A DNA stretch of 64,000 nt from Desulfomonilia bacterium (GTDB lineage: Bacteria; Desulfobacterota; Desulfomonilia; UBA1062): positions 160,001-224,000 of the forward strand of contig CAXXDQ010000004.1 of NCBI GenBank assembly GCA_963664325.2. The letters are read 5' to 3'. The number at the start of each line of letters is the position of its first letter. Within the stretch, counting starts at the first letter, position 1. Below the pieces are notes generated by a model that saw only the letters and a program-made list of their open reading frames with translations, was not told where the DNA came from and made no database searches. The translations under genes were made by a program, and so were the position numbers. Shown here piece by piece: positions 30,249 through 39,262 of the stretch.

Positions 30249-32246
30249 CTACTCTGATAAAACCATCATCCCGTATGGCCTGATCCATTTGCCGGAAACA
30301 AGTTTTGATTTGGCAGTGTGGTTCAGGACGACCTTGAAATTTTTCCCATCATCGCCGCTGCGGTGGATAACCTCCACACCGTTACCGTGGAATTTTGGTC
30401 TGAGTCCTCCTTTCTTCAATATCTTCCTGAATAGAATGAAAAGTCCAAGCGGGTCAGGTGAAGTCCCGAGATAGTAAACCGTGCCCTTGCCGTAATGATT
30501 CACTGTGACTGCAGGCGTCCCGCTGTAGTGTTTTTTACTGTCGGAGTAGAACGCAATGGCCTTTGCTGAAACCGGTTCTATCAGGTCGGCCCAGACTTCG
30601 CCCTTTGCCGGGATCAGTCCTATTTTTATCTTCACCTTGTTCCTGTTGAGGGATTCGAACCTTTTTATTTTCAACCCCGCCAGTTCGGAAAAAAGCCCCG
30701 GGAGGCTGTCGGTTATCGCAAAATTGTTCATATCGCGGGCCCCGGCGCGCCAACCCAGGACAAGAATCCCTCCTTCATGCACCCACTTTTCTATCCGTCC
30801 GACAAACTCAGGGTCGGCCATCTGGTACATGGGCAGGCTGATGATCGAATACCTGGAAAGATCGACCTGCGACGGCTTCTTCACATCTGCATTGATATTG
30901 AACAATACATAAGGTGCGAACCATCGCGTGAGTTCGAGCTCATATCCTGCCTGCACATACGGTGTCGGTTTTTCGTACAGCCCTTTTGAAAGATACTGGT
31001 CCCAGAGAACGCGCATGTTGTCCTTGTCATAGATAAGGCAGGCCGGTGTTATGATTGAACTCCGGACTATTTTATCATGCACATCCCTGTTCTTGATTAT
31101 GTTTTGCCTTAATCTGCGGTATCTCTCTGATTCGGCATTGTCGGAATCCAGGATTCCGTAGCCAAGCTGTTCCGAGCCATAGCGCGATGTTCTCCAGGGA
31201 AAGTAAAACAGCCTGTCCGCACCGTGTGCAATCGCATGGTTGGTCCACAGCACTATTTCATCATAAGAAGGAAGATAGCCAAGGCACACATGGCCCTGCG
31301 CCTCGGCGAACTGTTCGAAGATCGTGAAGTTGGGGCTATCCTTGAAGCCGCGGATCGCGGAAAAAGCATAGGAGTTGAAGTAATACGGGAACGGTTCGTC
31401 CTGGTCCCCCCACACCGGATAATTGCTGTAGCCGGCGAAGTCCATGTTTTCAGCCATCCGGGCATGGTCAATGATGTTGCACACCGGCGGTATGTAAAAG
31501 TTGTGGCTTATCCATTGTTCAGAATCGATGTGTTTTCTGAGAATTGCAATCTGGTCATCGACGAAACTCACCGCCGAGTCGGAACAGAAGCGGTAGTAGT
31601 CGAGCTGAAGGCCTGCATTGTGCGGCAAAGGCTGCTCGGTCGGTATGGGAACCTGTTCGAATGAAGAATATGTCGCGCCCCAGAAAACCGTACCCCATGT
31701 CTTGTTCATTGCCTGAACGGAAGGGAATTTTTTCCTGAGCCATGCATGCCATTTATCCTTGCAGTTATCGCATATGCATATATCCGTCCCTTCATGCCCC
31801 AGTTCGTTGTCGATCTGCCATCCGACGACATTCTGATTTTTCCCGAAGTGCCGGGCGATACTTTCGACAATTGAAAGGCCCGCCTCCCGGTAATGCGCCG
31901 AATTGTAGCAGCATTCGCGGCGGGTGCCGAACTGCCTGACCTTGCCGTCTATGGAAATCCGGATGATGTCGGGGTGCTTTTCAGCAAGCCATACCGGCGG
32001 AGTTGCGGTGGGGGTTCCAAGCACGGCTTTGATGCCATGCCCGGCAAAAATATCTATGACCTCATCAAAGAGTGAAAAGTCTTGGCACCCTTCCTGCGGC
32101 TCCAGAATAATCCATGCGAATTCCATCATGCGCACCAGTCTGACGCCCATTTCCTTCATCCGTCTTGCATCCGATTCCCACAGCGACCTGTCAGCGTGCT
32201 CCGGATGATAATCAATGCCGAACTGAAACTCTTTTTCTCCCATCAT
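30249..32246 (-). CDS. Beta-galactosidase, glycoside hydrolase family 42
   Basis: G.DYHPEH, EFAW..LEP, GTPTATPP.W, acid/base WQIDNE, Zn-binding Cys residues, W.T.FWG and a trimerisation domain. Confidence 0.9.
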   Translation of the reverse strand: MMGEKEFQFGIDYHPEHADRSLWESDARRMKEMGVRLVRMMEFAWIILEPQEGCQDFSLFDEVIDIFAGHGIKAVLGTPTATPPVWLAEKHPDIIRISIDGKVRQFGTRRECCYNSAHYREAGLSIVESIARHFGKNQNVVGWQIDNELGHEGTDICICDNCKDKWHAWLRKKFPSVQAMNKTWGTVFWGATYSSFEQVPIPTEQPLPHNAGLQLDYYRFCSDSAVSFVDDQIAILRKHIDSEQWISHNFYIPPVCNIIDHARMAENMDFAGYSNYPVWGDQDEPFPYYFNSYAFSAIRGFKDSPNFTIFEQFAEAQGHVCLGYLPSYDEIVLWTNHAIAHGADRLFYFPWRTSRYGSEQLGYGILDSDNAESERYRRLRQNIIKNRDVHDKIVRSSIITPACLIYDKDNMRVLWDQYLSKGLYEKPTPYVQAGYELELTRWFAPYVLFNINADVKKPSQVDLSRYSIISLPMYQMADPEFVGRIEKWVHEGGILVLGWRAGARDMNNFAITDSLPGLFSELAGLKIKRFESLNRNKVKIKIGLIPAKGEVWADLIEPVSAKAIAFYSDSKKHYSGTPAVTVNHYGKGTVYYLGTSPDPLGLFILFRKILKKGGLRPKFHGNGVEVIHRSGDDGKNFKVVLNHTAKSKLVSGKWIRPYGMMVLSE

Positions 32247-32314
32247 TCGCCTCCCTGGCTCAGCCGATATTCATATGAGCATTCCACCCGCATAAATATC
32301 ATATCGGCCATGCT

Positions 32315-33796
32315 TCAAATCTGAAACGGATTCTCCGACGGATAGCGAACCCCATGAGGCAGGTTATAAAATATCCCTGATATTCCCAGCATCTTAAGGG
32401 CCGGGAACAGATAACGCCCTGCATGGCTGAACGCGACAGCGGTGTGGTGCGGGAACCGGTGTTCGAGGAGCACATGGCGATAGAACCGCGCCATACCGGC
32501 AACGGCAAAGACGCCAGTGCCTCCGAACGTGCGGGGATTCACATCAAGCACCTCGCCTTCGGCAATATAGGCCTTGAGCATGGCGTCTGCTGTGGACTGC
32601 AGCCTGAAAACCGTCACATCCCCGGGTCTTAAAGCACCCTGAAGAACCCCTCGCGTGGTATCGGGTTTTTTCCCGTTTTCGATCAGACGGTTCATCAGAA
32701 AGTGATTCGTAAGCTTTGCCCCGGCCATGCATGCATAAGGCGTGTTGCCGCAATGGAACCCCATGAAGAGGTCGTCCGCATTGTAGTTTTTTATGCCCTT
32801 TTTAGAACCGGATATCATATCAGCTGGCACAGTGTTGTTGATATCCAGAATAGTGGCGGGGAGGTCTGTTGCGCACATGGCCATATACTCGCTCAAGCCC
32901 CCGTAGATGTCCGTTTCGCAGGCGACCGGCATGCCGCGCGATGCGAGGCGCGAATTGACATAGCATGGCACAAAACCGAAATATTTCTCAAATGCCGGCC
33001 AGCACTTGTTTGCCATGACTCCGTAAGAGCAGACCCCAAGATTGTCCCGGACGAATCGCGAAAGGGCCAGTTCATATTGAGCCAGCCTGGGCAAAAGATC
33101 AGGATAGGGATTGCCTCCAAGCTCTTTTGCCATGTCTTTGACAATTGCTTTTATCCCGGGGCTTCCTTCTGCGTCCTGATAGCACTTAAGCAGGTCGAGT
33201 TCGCTGTTTTCCATGATCTCCACACCCAGATCATAAAGAGGTTTGATCGGGGCGTTGCAGGTGAGAAAATCATGCGGCCTAGGCCCGAATGCAAATATCT
33301 TAAGATTTTTAAGCCCCAGATGAATCCTTGAAACAGGTATGAATTCCGCGATCATTTCAGTAACTTCTTCAGGAACACCCATGGGATATTCGGGGATGTA
33401 AGGCTTAAGTCCACGCAATCCCAGGTTGTATGAAAGGCTGAGCATTCCGCAGTAGGCATCGCCCCTTCCGTCCATGAGGTTTCCCGAAGACTCCTCGGCC
33501 GCCCCCGCTATCATTACCGGACCGCCAAAACGCTGAACCAGCAGGCTCGCAGGTCCCTCAGGACCGAAATTGCCCAGATAGAGAACAAGGGCGTTGATTC
33601 CCGAATTGTTCATCTCATCCAGAGCGGCAGGGATATCGCGCTCGGTTTCAACAAGAGTTTTCAGCTCGATGACAGGAAGCTTCTTCCTGCTGCAAATCCT
33701 GGCCACCTTGGTCCGCCGCGATTCTGAAAGCGAAGCCGGAAAGCAATCCCGGCTGACTGCGATCAGGCCAATTTTAATATCCGGCATGTTCTGCAT
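32315..33796 (-). CDS. L-fucose/L-arabinose isomerase superfamily protein
   Basis: Motifs GNFGPE, RGDAYCG, KCWP, CETD..G and FHCGN, and C-terminal FPHHTAV. Confidence 0.85.
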   Translation of the reverse strand: MQNMPDIKIGLIAVSRDCFPASLSESRRTKVARICSRKKLPVIELKTLVETERDIPAALDEMNNSGINALVLYLGNFGPEGPASLLVQRFGGPVMIAGAAEESSGNLMDGRGDAYCGMLSLSYNLGLRGLKPYIPEYPMGVPEEVTEMIAEFIPVSRIHLGLKNLKIFAFGPRPHDFLTCNAPIKPLYDLGVEIMENSELDLLKCYQDAEGSPGIKAIVKDMAKELGGNPYPDLLPRLAQYELALSRFVRDNLGVCSYGVMANKCWPAFEKYFGFVPCYVNSRLASRGMPVACETDIYGGLSEYMAMCATDLPATILDINNTVPADMISGSKKGIKNYNADDLFMGFHCGNTPYACMAGAKLTNHFLMNRLIENGKKPDTTRGVLQGALRPGDVTVFRLQSTADAMLKAYIAEGEVLDVNPRTFGGTGVFAVAGMARFYRHVLLEHRFPHHTAVAFSHAGRYLFPALKMLGISGIFYNLPHGVRYPSENPFQI

Positions 33797-33839
33797 GATA
33801 TTCTCCTTTGCAGCCGTTCATGAAGACTTGTTCAGATGG

Positions 33840-34694
33840 CTACTGCGCCGCTTTTCCCGATGCCCTGAACAGATCAAGATAATAGAGGCATCTCTCGTAA
33901 TGTGCTTCCCTGGCTCCCTGGATAATCTTGTGGTAATTGGCCTCGCTTTTTTTCGCCTCATCCTGCATCTTTTTGGTCGATGCCAGCACCAGATCAGTGC
34001 CGATATTGATCTTGGCAATGCCTGCATCAATGGCACCCCTGAACTGAGTCTCGCTCAGGCCGCTGCCGCCGTGCAGAACGAGCGGCGCTTCAACCCGTTC
34101 ACGAATCGTCTGCACAAGTTCGAGATCAAGCCTGGGTTCGCCCTGATAGACGCCATGCGCGGTTCCGAACGCCACGGCCAGACAATCGACACCGCTCTCC
34201 TCCACGAAAAGCTCGGCTTCGGCAGGATCGGTAAAACCCTGCCGCCGGGAACCGAAGGACGTGTAGTCCTGGCCGCTGCCGACATGGCCTACTTCCGCTT
34301 CGACTCCCGCGCCGACAGCATGCGCCTCTCTTACGACAATCCTGTTGGCGGCGATATTTTGATCAAGCGGCAGTTTTGACCCGTCCAGCATGACATCAGT
34401 GAACCCGAAGGCCAGAGCACGCATGCACTGCTCGAAGCTCGTCCCGTGATCCAGCATCAGCGATACCGGAACCGTGACGTCTTTGCAGATTTCACGAACA
34501 AAACTGACATACGCGCCTATTCTGCGGTCATCGATTAAATGTGTGTAGATTCCCAGTATCCCTGGAGCCTTACGCTCCTCGAGCGCGGCAACGATGCCCT
34601 CGACCGCAGTCATTTCACAGAAGTTGAACAACGGAACGGCATACTTACCTTTTTGTGCTTTTTTGAGTTCACTGATCATTGATTGAAGCGGCAT
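33840..34694 (-). CDS. Class II ketose-bisphosphate aldolase (fructose/tagatose type)
   Basis: Motifs LDHG, VMLDGS, VEAEVGHVG, LAVAFGTAHG.Y, LVLHGGSG and KINIGT. Confidence 0.9.
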   Translation of the reverse strand: MPLQSMISELKKAQKGKYAVPLFNFCEMTAVEGIVAALEERKAPGILGIYTHLIDDRRIGAYVSFVREICKDVTVPVSLMLDHGTSFEQCMRALAFGFTDVMLDGSKLPLDQNIAANRIVVREAHAVGAGVEAEVGHVGSGQDYTSFGSRRQGFTDPAEAELFVEESGVDCLAVAFGTAHGVYQGEPRLDLELVQTIRERVEAPLVLHGGSGLSETQFRGAIDAGIAKINIGTDLVLASTKKMQDEAKKSEANYHKIIQGAREAHYERCLYYLDLFRASGKAAQ

Positions 34695-34710
34695 ATATTC
34701 TCCTTATCAC

Positions 34711-35646
34711 TTAATTTGGCAGTTCAATGTTATGCATTTTCAGAAAGGTCACCACATCGGCATACGTGGGGAAACGGTTATGACCGCTCAGGCGTGTGCA
34801 TGTGACGGCGGAAACTGCCGAGGCAAAATCTGCTACAGTCCGTATGTCCCATCCTTTCAGAAGTCCCGTTATATAAGCGCCGTGGAAGACGTCTCCCGCG
34901 CCGGTTGTGTTCACGACAGGCACATCAAAGGCCGGGGTATGGAAGGCCTGGTTTTCAGTTATTGTATAACAGCCGCGCTCTCCAACGGTTTCAACGACAA
35001 TCCTGGGGCCGTCGGCCAGCATCGCCCGGCCGGCCTTCAAGATATCATGCTCGCCCGAATAGGCGGCGGCAAAACCCTCGCCGCATATTACTATGTCGGT
35101 CAGAGCGACAAGCTCCCTTTTCCAGTCAGGGACGGCTTCCGTTGTCTTCCACATGTCAATGACGACTGTCTTGCCTGCTTCCCGCATCCACCGCGCCGCC
35201 TGAAGGCTTGCTTCAGGATAAACACCGTCAAGAAGAAGATAATCAGCCGCAGTAAGATAATTCCGGTCAAGCTCGGCAGGCATTACAGGACTCTCGAGGT
35301 AGTTTGCAAGTATTGCGAAGACACGCTCGCCGGTCTTCTTATTGACATATACGAAGATAACCTGGTTTTCCGGAAAAGACCTTTCTACTATGCGGCTGAT
35401 GTCCACATCATACATCGTCAGCGATTTGCGTTTCAGCTCCGATATGTGATCGTTTCCGATGGTGCCGACAAAACCGGTAGTGACGCCGAGCCTGGAAGCC
35501 GCTGTCATGGCGGTTCCTGCCGGTCCGCCGCCCTGTATGGTGAAGGCGTCAATAAAACTGCCCTTTTCCCATGTCGGCATCTCAGTACATGACAAGACTA
35601 TATCGACACACCTGAGTCCCATACCTATGATCTCAAGTTTTCTCAT
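34711..35646 (-). CDS. PfkB-family carbohydrate kinase
   Basis: GGGPAGTA..AASRLG and anion-hole motif NTTGAGDVFHGA. Start ATG 35646; alternative start 35673. Confidence 0.88.
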   Translation of the reverse strand: MRKLEIIGMGLRCVDIVLSCTEMPTWEKGSFIDAFTIQGGGPAGTAMTAASRLGVTTGFVGTIGNDHISELKRKSLTMYDVDISRIVERSFPENQVIFVYVNKKTGERVFAILANYLESPVMPAELDRNYLTAADYLLLDGVYPEASLQAARWMREAGKTVVIDMWKTTEAVPDWKRELVALTDIVICGEGFAAAYSGEHDILKAGRAMLADGPRIVVETVGERGCYTITENQAFHTPAFDVPVVNTTGAGDVFHGAYITGLLKGWDIRTVADFASAVSAVTCTRLSGHNRFPTYADVVTFLKMHNIELPN

Positions 35647-35822
35647 ACGCAACCTATCCTTCGGGTTCAGCATCCCCGGGGAAAAATAATTGTGCTGTTA
35701 TATTGATTTCTTTTATTTCATTTATCGTGTTTGTTTTGTTTATTTTATAACATTTGTCAAGGGACAAATCAGAAAGACTATGGCAGTGACATGAGGTTTA
35801 ATTTCATATATCTTTTCGCATA

Positions 35823-36182
35823 ATGGACAAATGGATGACGCCTGTCACCACATGCAACAGCTGCACAAGGCATCTGGTGGATCTCTGCTATAAAAGAAGC
35901 CTTGCGTTCAGACTGTTCAGGACGCCGCTCGTTGCAGGCATGAAAATAATGGCCCGGTATCACGGGATCAGCCTCAGGGATTACCCGGTCAGGACCGAGA
36001 GGTGCAGGGATTGCGTCAGGTTCATGAAAAACGCACTAAAGCTGAAATCCCCTGCCTTTGTCCGGCTTAACGACATGATCAACCCATATTTTAACCGCTA
36101 CCGGGATTCATTGGTATCAGCCGGCGAGAAGGCCCGCGCCAAAAGCCTGGCAGCGGAATTCATGGAGTATGAGTCTGACTGA
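35823..36182 (+). CDS. Conserved hypothetical protein with two CxxC motifs
   Basis: CNSC and CRDC in a 119-aa ORF. Confidence 0.6.
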   Translation: MDKWMTPVTTCNSCTRHLVDLCYKRSLAFRLFRTPLVAGMKIMARYHGISLRDYPVRTERCRDCVRFMKNALKLKSPAFVRLNDMINPYFNRYRDSLVSAGEKARAKSLAAEFMEYESD

Positions 36183-36256
36183 ATGACAGATAAGGATTTT
36201 TATATATCAATAAAACGCTGCTGCGGTGTAACCTGCGGACTAAATGGGGCATTAAA

Positions 36257-36649
36257 ATGATCGCACGGGGCATATTGATATGGCTGGTTATCATAATGGC
36301 GGAGATACTGCATGGCATTATCCGCGCCAGATTCCTCGTGCCGCGAGTCGGCGACTGGAGGGCCCGCCAGATCGGAGTATTTACCGGCTCTGTTATTATC
36401 TTCGTCATCTCCCTCTTGTCAGTGCACTGGTTACACGCCTCATCCGCGTCCCAGCTGCTTTTTGTAGGGCTTCTATGGGCTGCTCTCACTTCAGGGTTCG
36501 AGTTCCTGTTCGGCCGTTATGTTGCCCGTTATTCATGGGAACGGATATTGTCGGACTTCAATCTGTTCAGGGGAGGGCTCATGCCCCTCGGCCTTGCTGC
36601 AATGGGTCTGTGTCCGTTAGTCGCAGGCCTGTTGCTGGGTGTCATATAG
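36257..36649 (+). CDS. Hypothetical 4-TM membrane protein
   Basis: Hydrophobic helices with AE..HG..R, FEF.FG and DFN...G.L. Confidence 0.7.
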   Translation: MIARGILIWLVIIMAEILHGIIRARFLVPRVGDWRARQIGVFTGSVIIFVISLLSVHWLHASSASQLLFVGLLWAALTSGFEFLFGRYVARYSWERILSDFNLFRGGLMPLGLAAMGLCPLVAGLLLGVI

Positions 36650-36676
36650 GCCGGGAAAAACCTGGCGGCTCTTCCG

Positions 36677-38953
36677 TTACAGCGGTGTTACCCAGTATAC
36701 ATATGCCATTGCTTCGGCTATCTTCGCTTGGCCGTAATCGCTCTGTTCATCATAATATATATCACGCAGCTCCGGTGTATCGAATTCGCCAAAAACACCG
36801 CCCCCGCCTACGGCAAGCTCATCATCGGCGAGATTGAAATATGACATTGGCGGACCGGGTACACCCAGTGTTGGCATCTTTACATTATGATTGGAGATTG
36901 CACTGTCATAGTCTGTGGTCATGACAAGAACATCAGGGAGAACTCTGATCTCGTAGCTGTATTCCCCCTCCCTGTGGTGCCAGACATAGAGGACCGTAAA
37001 CGCATAGCCGTATTTGCCTTTGTTTTCGTATTTAAAATTATAACTGCGGTTCTCGCACTTGCGCATCGTCTTCACGTGCACGCTGGCCGTGGCCGTTCCC
37101 AGGCTCTCCCTCGCGGTGCCCTGCACAAGGACCGCTTCCACGCTTATGGTGTCCGTGCCCTCATTCTTGCCGGCCAGGTAGCTGACCTTGCTGTAAGTGG
37201 TCTCAAAAGATGCCGCTTGTCCCCCACCGTCGGGATTCACGAGCTGGCCGAATGAGCCAGAGGTGCTCCATATATAATGCAGTACCGTACCTGCAGGAAG
37301 CGTCCCGCTGAGGTCGGGCACGCCGGCTTCGAACCAGCAGTAGTCGTCCGTTGCCACGTCCTGCTCCAGGGGCAGAAGCTTTACCTTCGGGGTCGTTGCA
37401 TCGAGGGTCCACACGTCGCAGGGATAGGCCAGGTAGACATTGCCGGTGGTGAGGATTGACGAAACGATCGTTCCGAGCGCATCGACTGCTGTAATGGCTG
37501 AAAACATATGGCTTGCCATGGTGGAGGCCGAGGCGAACACCTGCTGATCAAGCGTTTTCAACACCACATTCACAAGCGCCTGCCTGAATTCGTTGCTTGT
37601 GGCAATGGCATTCATTACGGCTGTCATGGCAGCGTTCAGGTCATGGTTTTCGATGGCTGTCCACAATTCTGGCACCGTGGAGTTTATGACCCCCAGAAAA
37701 TCCTGGAGCACGTTGTCGGCCGTGAGCAGCGTTGTGAGCTGCTTTTGTGACAGGGGTGAATAGGGGACAAGGACATTGGCCAGTATGGGTATCACCAGCT
37801 GCGTTACCACATAGTCAGCGCACAGCTCCTTGTACTTTTCTGTCTGCTTATCATTCATGGGCTGTCCCGCGCCCGTACCCGGACCGACAATTGTAAGGCG
37901 GAAATGCGTCTTATCCGCCCCGCCAGCCATCGGCAGTTCGAAGGGCCCGGTGGTAACCTGTGCAAAGGCCTGCTGCTGTCCCGATATGAGGTCCCAGAGC
38001 GTTCCCACTACCCCGCTGAATCCTTTAACTGACTGTATTTCGAACTCCCGGATATCCTTGTATTCCTGCACCTCCTGCTGATCGGATGCATTCCTGTACC
38101 CGGTCTGCTCGAGGTAGCCATAGGCCGGCCGGATGAACCGGTTGGCGATTTCGAACATGTTTATGCCGGTTGCGATATTGGCGGTAAGCCCGCTCTGCTC
38201 GTCTGCGGGGTTTACCAGAACCGCATTGATGAGATCACCGAGGAGGCCTCCTCCTTGTGAAGCAGCATCAATAGCGGGAACGGCCTGTGATAACATGTTG
38301 ACAGCAAGGCCGCTTTGTTCACTGCCGGTGCCTGCAGAACCCGGTGCTGCTGTCTTGTCTGCTGCAAAGGCGGCCAGCAGGTCCTTGAGGGCCTTGGCTA
38401 TAGCCTCGTTCTTGCCTGCAAACGCCTCGGGATTTGCGGCGATCTCGGTTGCGATGACGCCTGCAAGAGAATCGATCTCAGTGGTGGCCTTCAATGCCTG
38501 GAGTACGGTGTCAAGGGTCTCCGGCGGGAGGCTGAAGAGGCCTGCGGCATAGAAGACGAGTACCTCGGCGGTCGTTCGGACGCTCAGGCCGCGGTCGTCG
38601 CCGGTCCAGCCGAACAGGAGCGGCGTCCCTTCGGAAGTTTCAGCTATTATGAGTACCGGCCCTTCCTGCAAACCCAGGGCCTCAAATGACCCGTCCTGTG
38701 CAACAGGCGAAACGCCCCTTGCAGTGAGCACCTGAAGCGTATCAGGCCCGTAGGCGGCGCCATCCGGGAGGTGAACGGTGCCCGGAACTGAAGCGGGCGT
38801 GTACTGGATTCCCGGTTGCGTCTCTCCGCCGGTGCCGGTCGTGCTGTCCGCCGAGCCGCCTCCGCCGCCCCCGCCGCCGCAGCCTGAAAATGATATGGCG
38901 ATGATGAGAACAGCCGCTGAACAAAAGAATCTTGCTGACCTTACTGTACCCAT
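36677..38953 (-). CDS. Large secreted lipoprotein of unknown function
   Basis: Lipobox FSGC followed by a poly-Gly linker, then beta-rich and helical regions; RBS GGAGGA. Confidence 0.75.
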   Translation of the reverse strand: MGTVRSARFFCSAAVLIIAISFSGCGGGGGGGGSADSTTGTGGETQPGIQYTPASVPGTVHLPDGAAYGPDTLQVLTARGVSPVAQDGSFEALGLQEGPVLIIAETSEGTPLLFGWTGDDRGLSVRTTAEVLVFYAAGLFSLPPETLDTVLQALKATTEIDSLAGVIATEIAANPEAFAGKNEAIAKALKDLLAAFAADKTAAPGSAGTGSEQSGLAVNMLSQAVPAIDAASQGGGLLGDLINAVLVNPADEQSGLTANIATGINMFEIANRFIRPAYGYLEQTGYRNASDQQEVQEYKDIREFEIQSVKGFSGVVGTLWDLISGQQQAFAQVTTGPFELPMAGGADKTHFRLTIVGPGTGAGQPMNDKQTEKYKELCADYVVTQLVIPILANVLVPYSPLSQKQLTTLLTADNVLQDFLGVINSTVPELWTAIENHDLNAAMTAVMNAIATSNEFRQALVNVVLKTLDQQVFASASTMASHMFSAITAVDALGTIVSSILTTGNVYLAYPCDVWTLDATTPKVKLLPLEQDVATDDYCWFEAGVPDLSGTLPAGTVLHYIWSTSGSFGQLVNPDGGGQAASFETTYSKVSYLAGKNEGTDTISVEAVLVQGTARESLGTATASVHVKTMRKCENRSYNFKYENKGKYGYAFTVLYVWHHREGEYSYEIRVLPDVLVMTTDYDSAISNHNVKMPTLGVPGPPMSYFNLADDELAVGGGGVFGEFDTPELRDIYYDEQSDYGQAKIAEAMAYVYWVTPL

Positions 38954-39262
38954 ATGATTTCCTCCTCCTGCGATTGGTCAAACGGCATCCCGGATACAAG
39001 CGTCCATGGATGCCTAAATAATCCCTTCACACCCAGTGCCTGCAATACTTACAATATACTATAATTTTTCTGCGATTTCAATGCCCCAGTCTTGCCGAAC
39101 ATTTTCAATAAAGCCTGCATACATTGATAATTGAAGCCATGCCACAGGAGGCTTTCTTTCTCAATCAATGGAATTTTTTTTACAGTCCCGGACTTCAAAA
39201 TAATTGCTCCTTCCGTAAGACTGTCTGTTGGTATATTTTACGGCTGTAAAGGAGGTGCGGTT

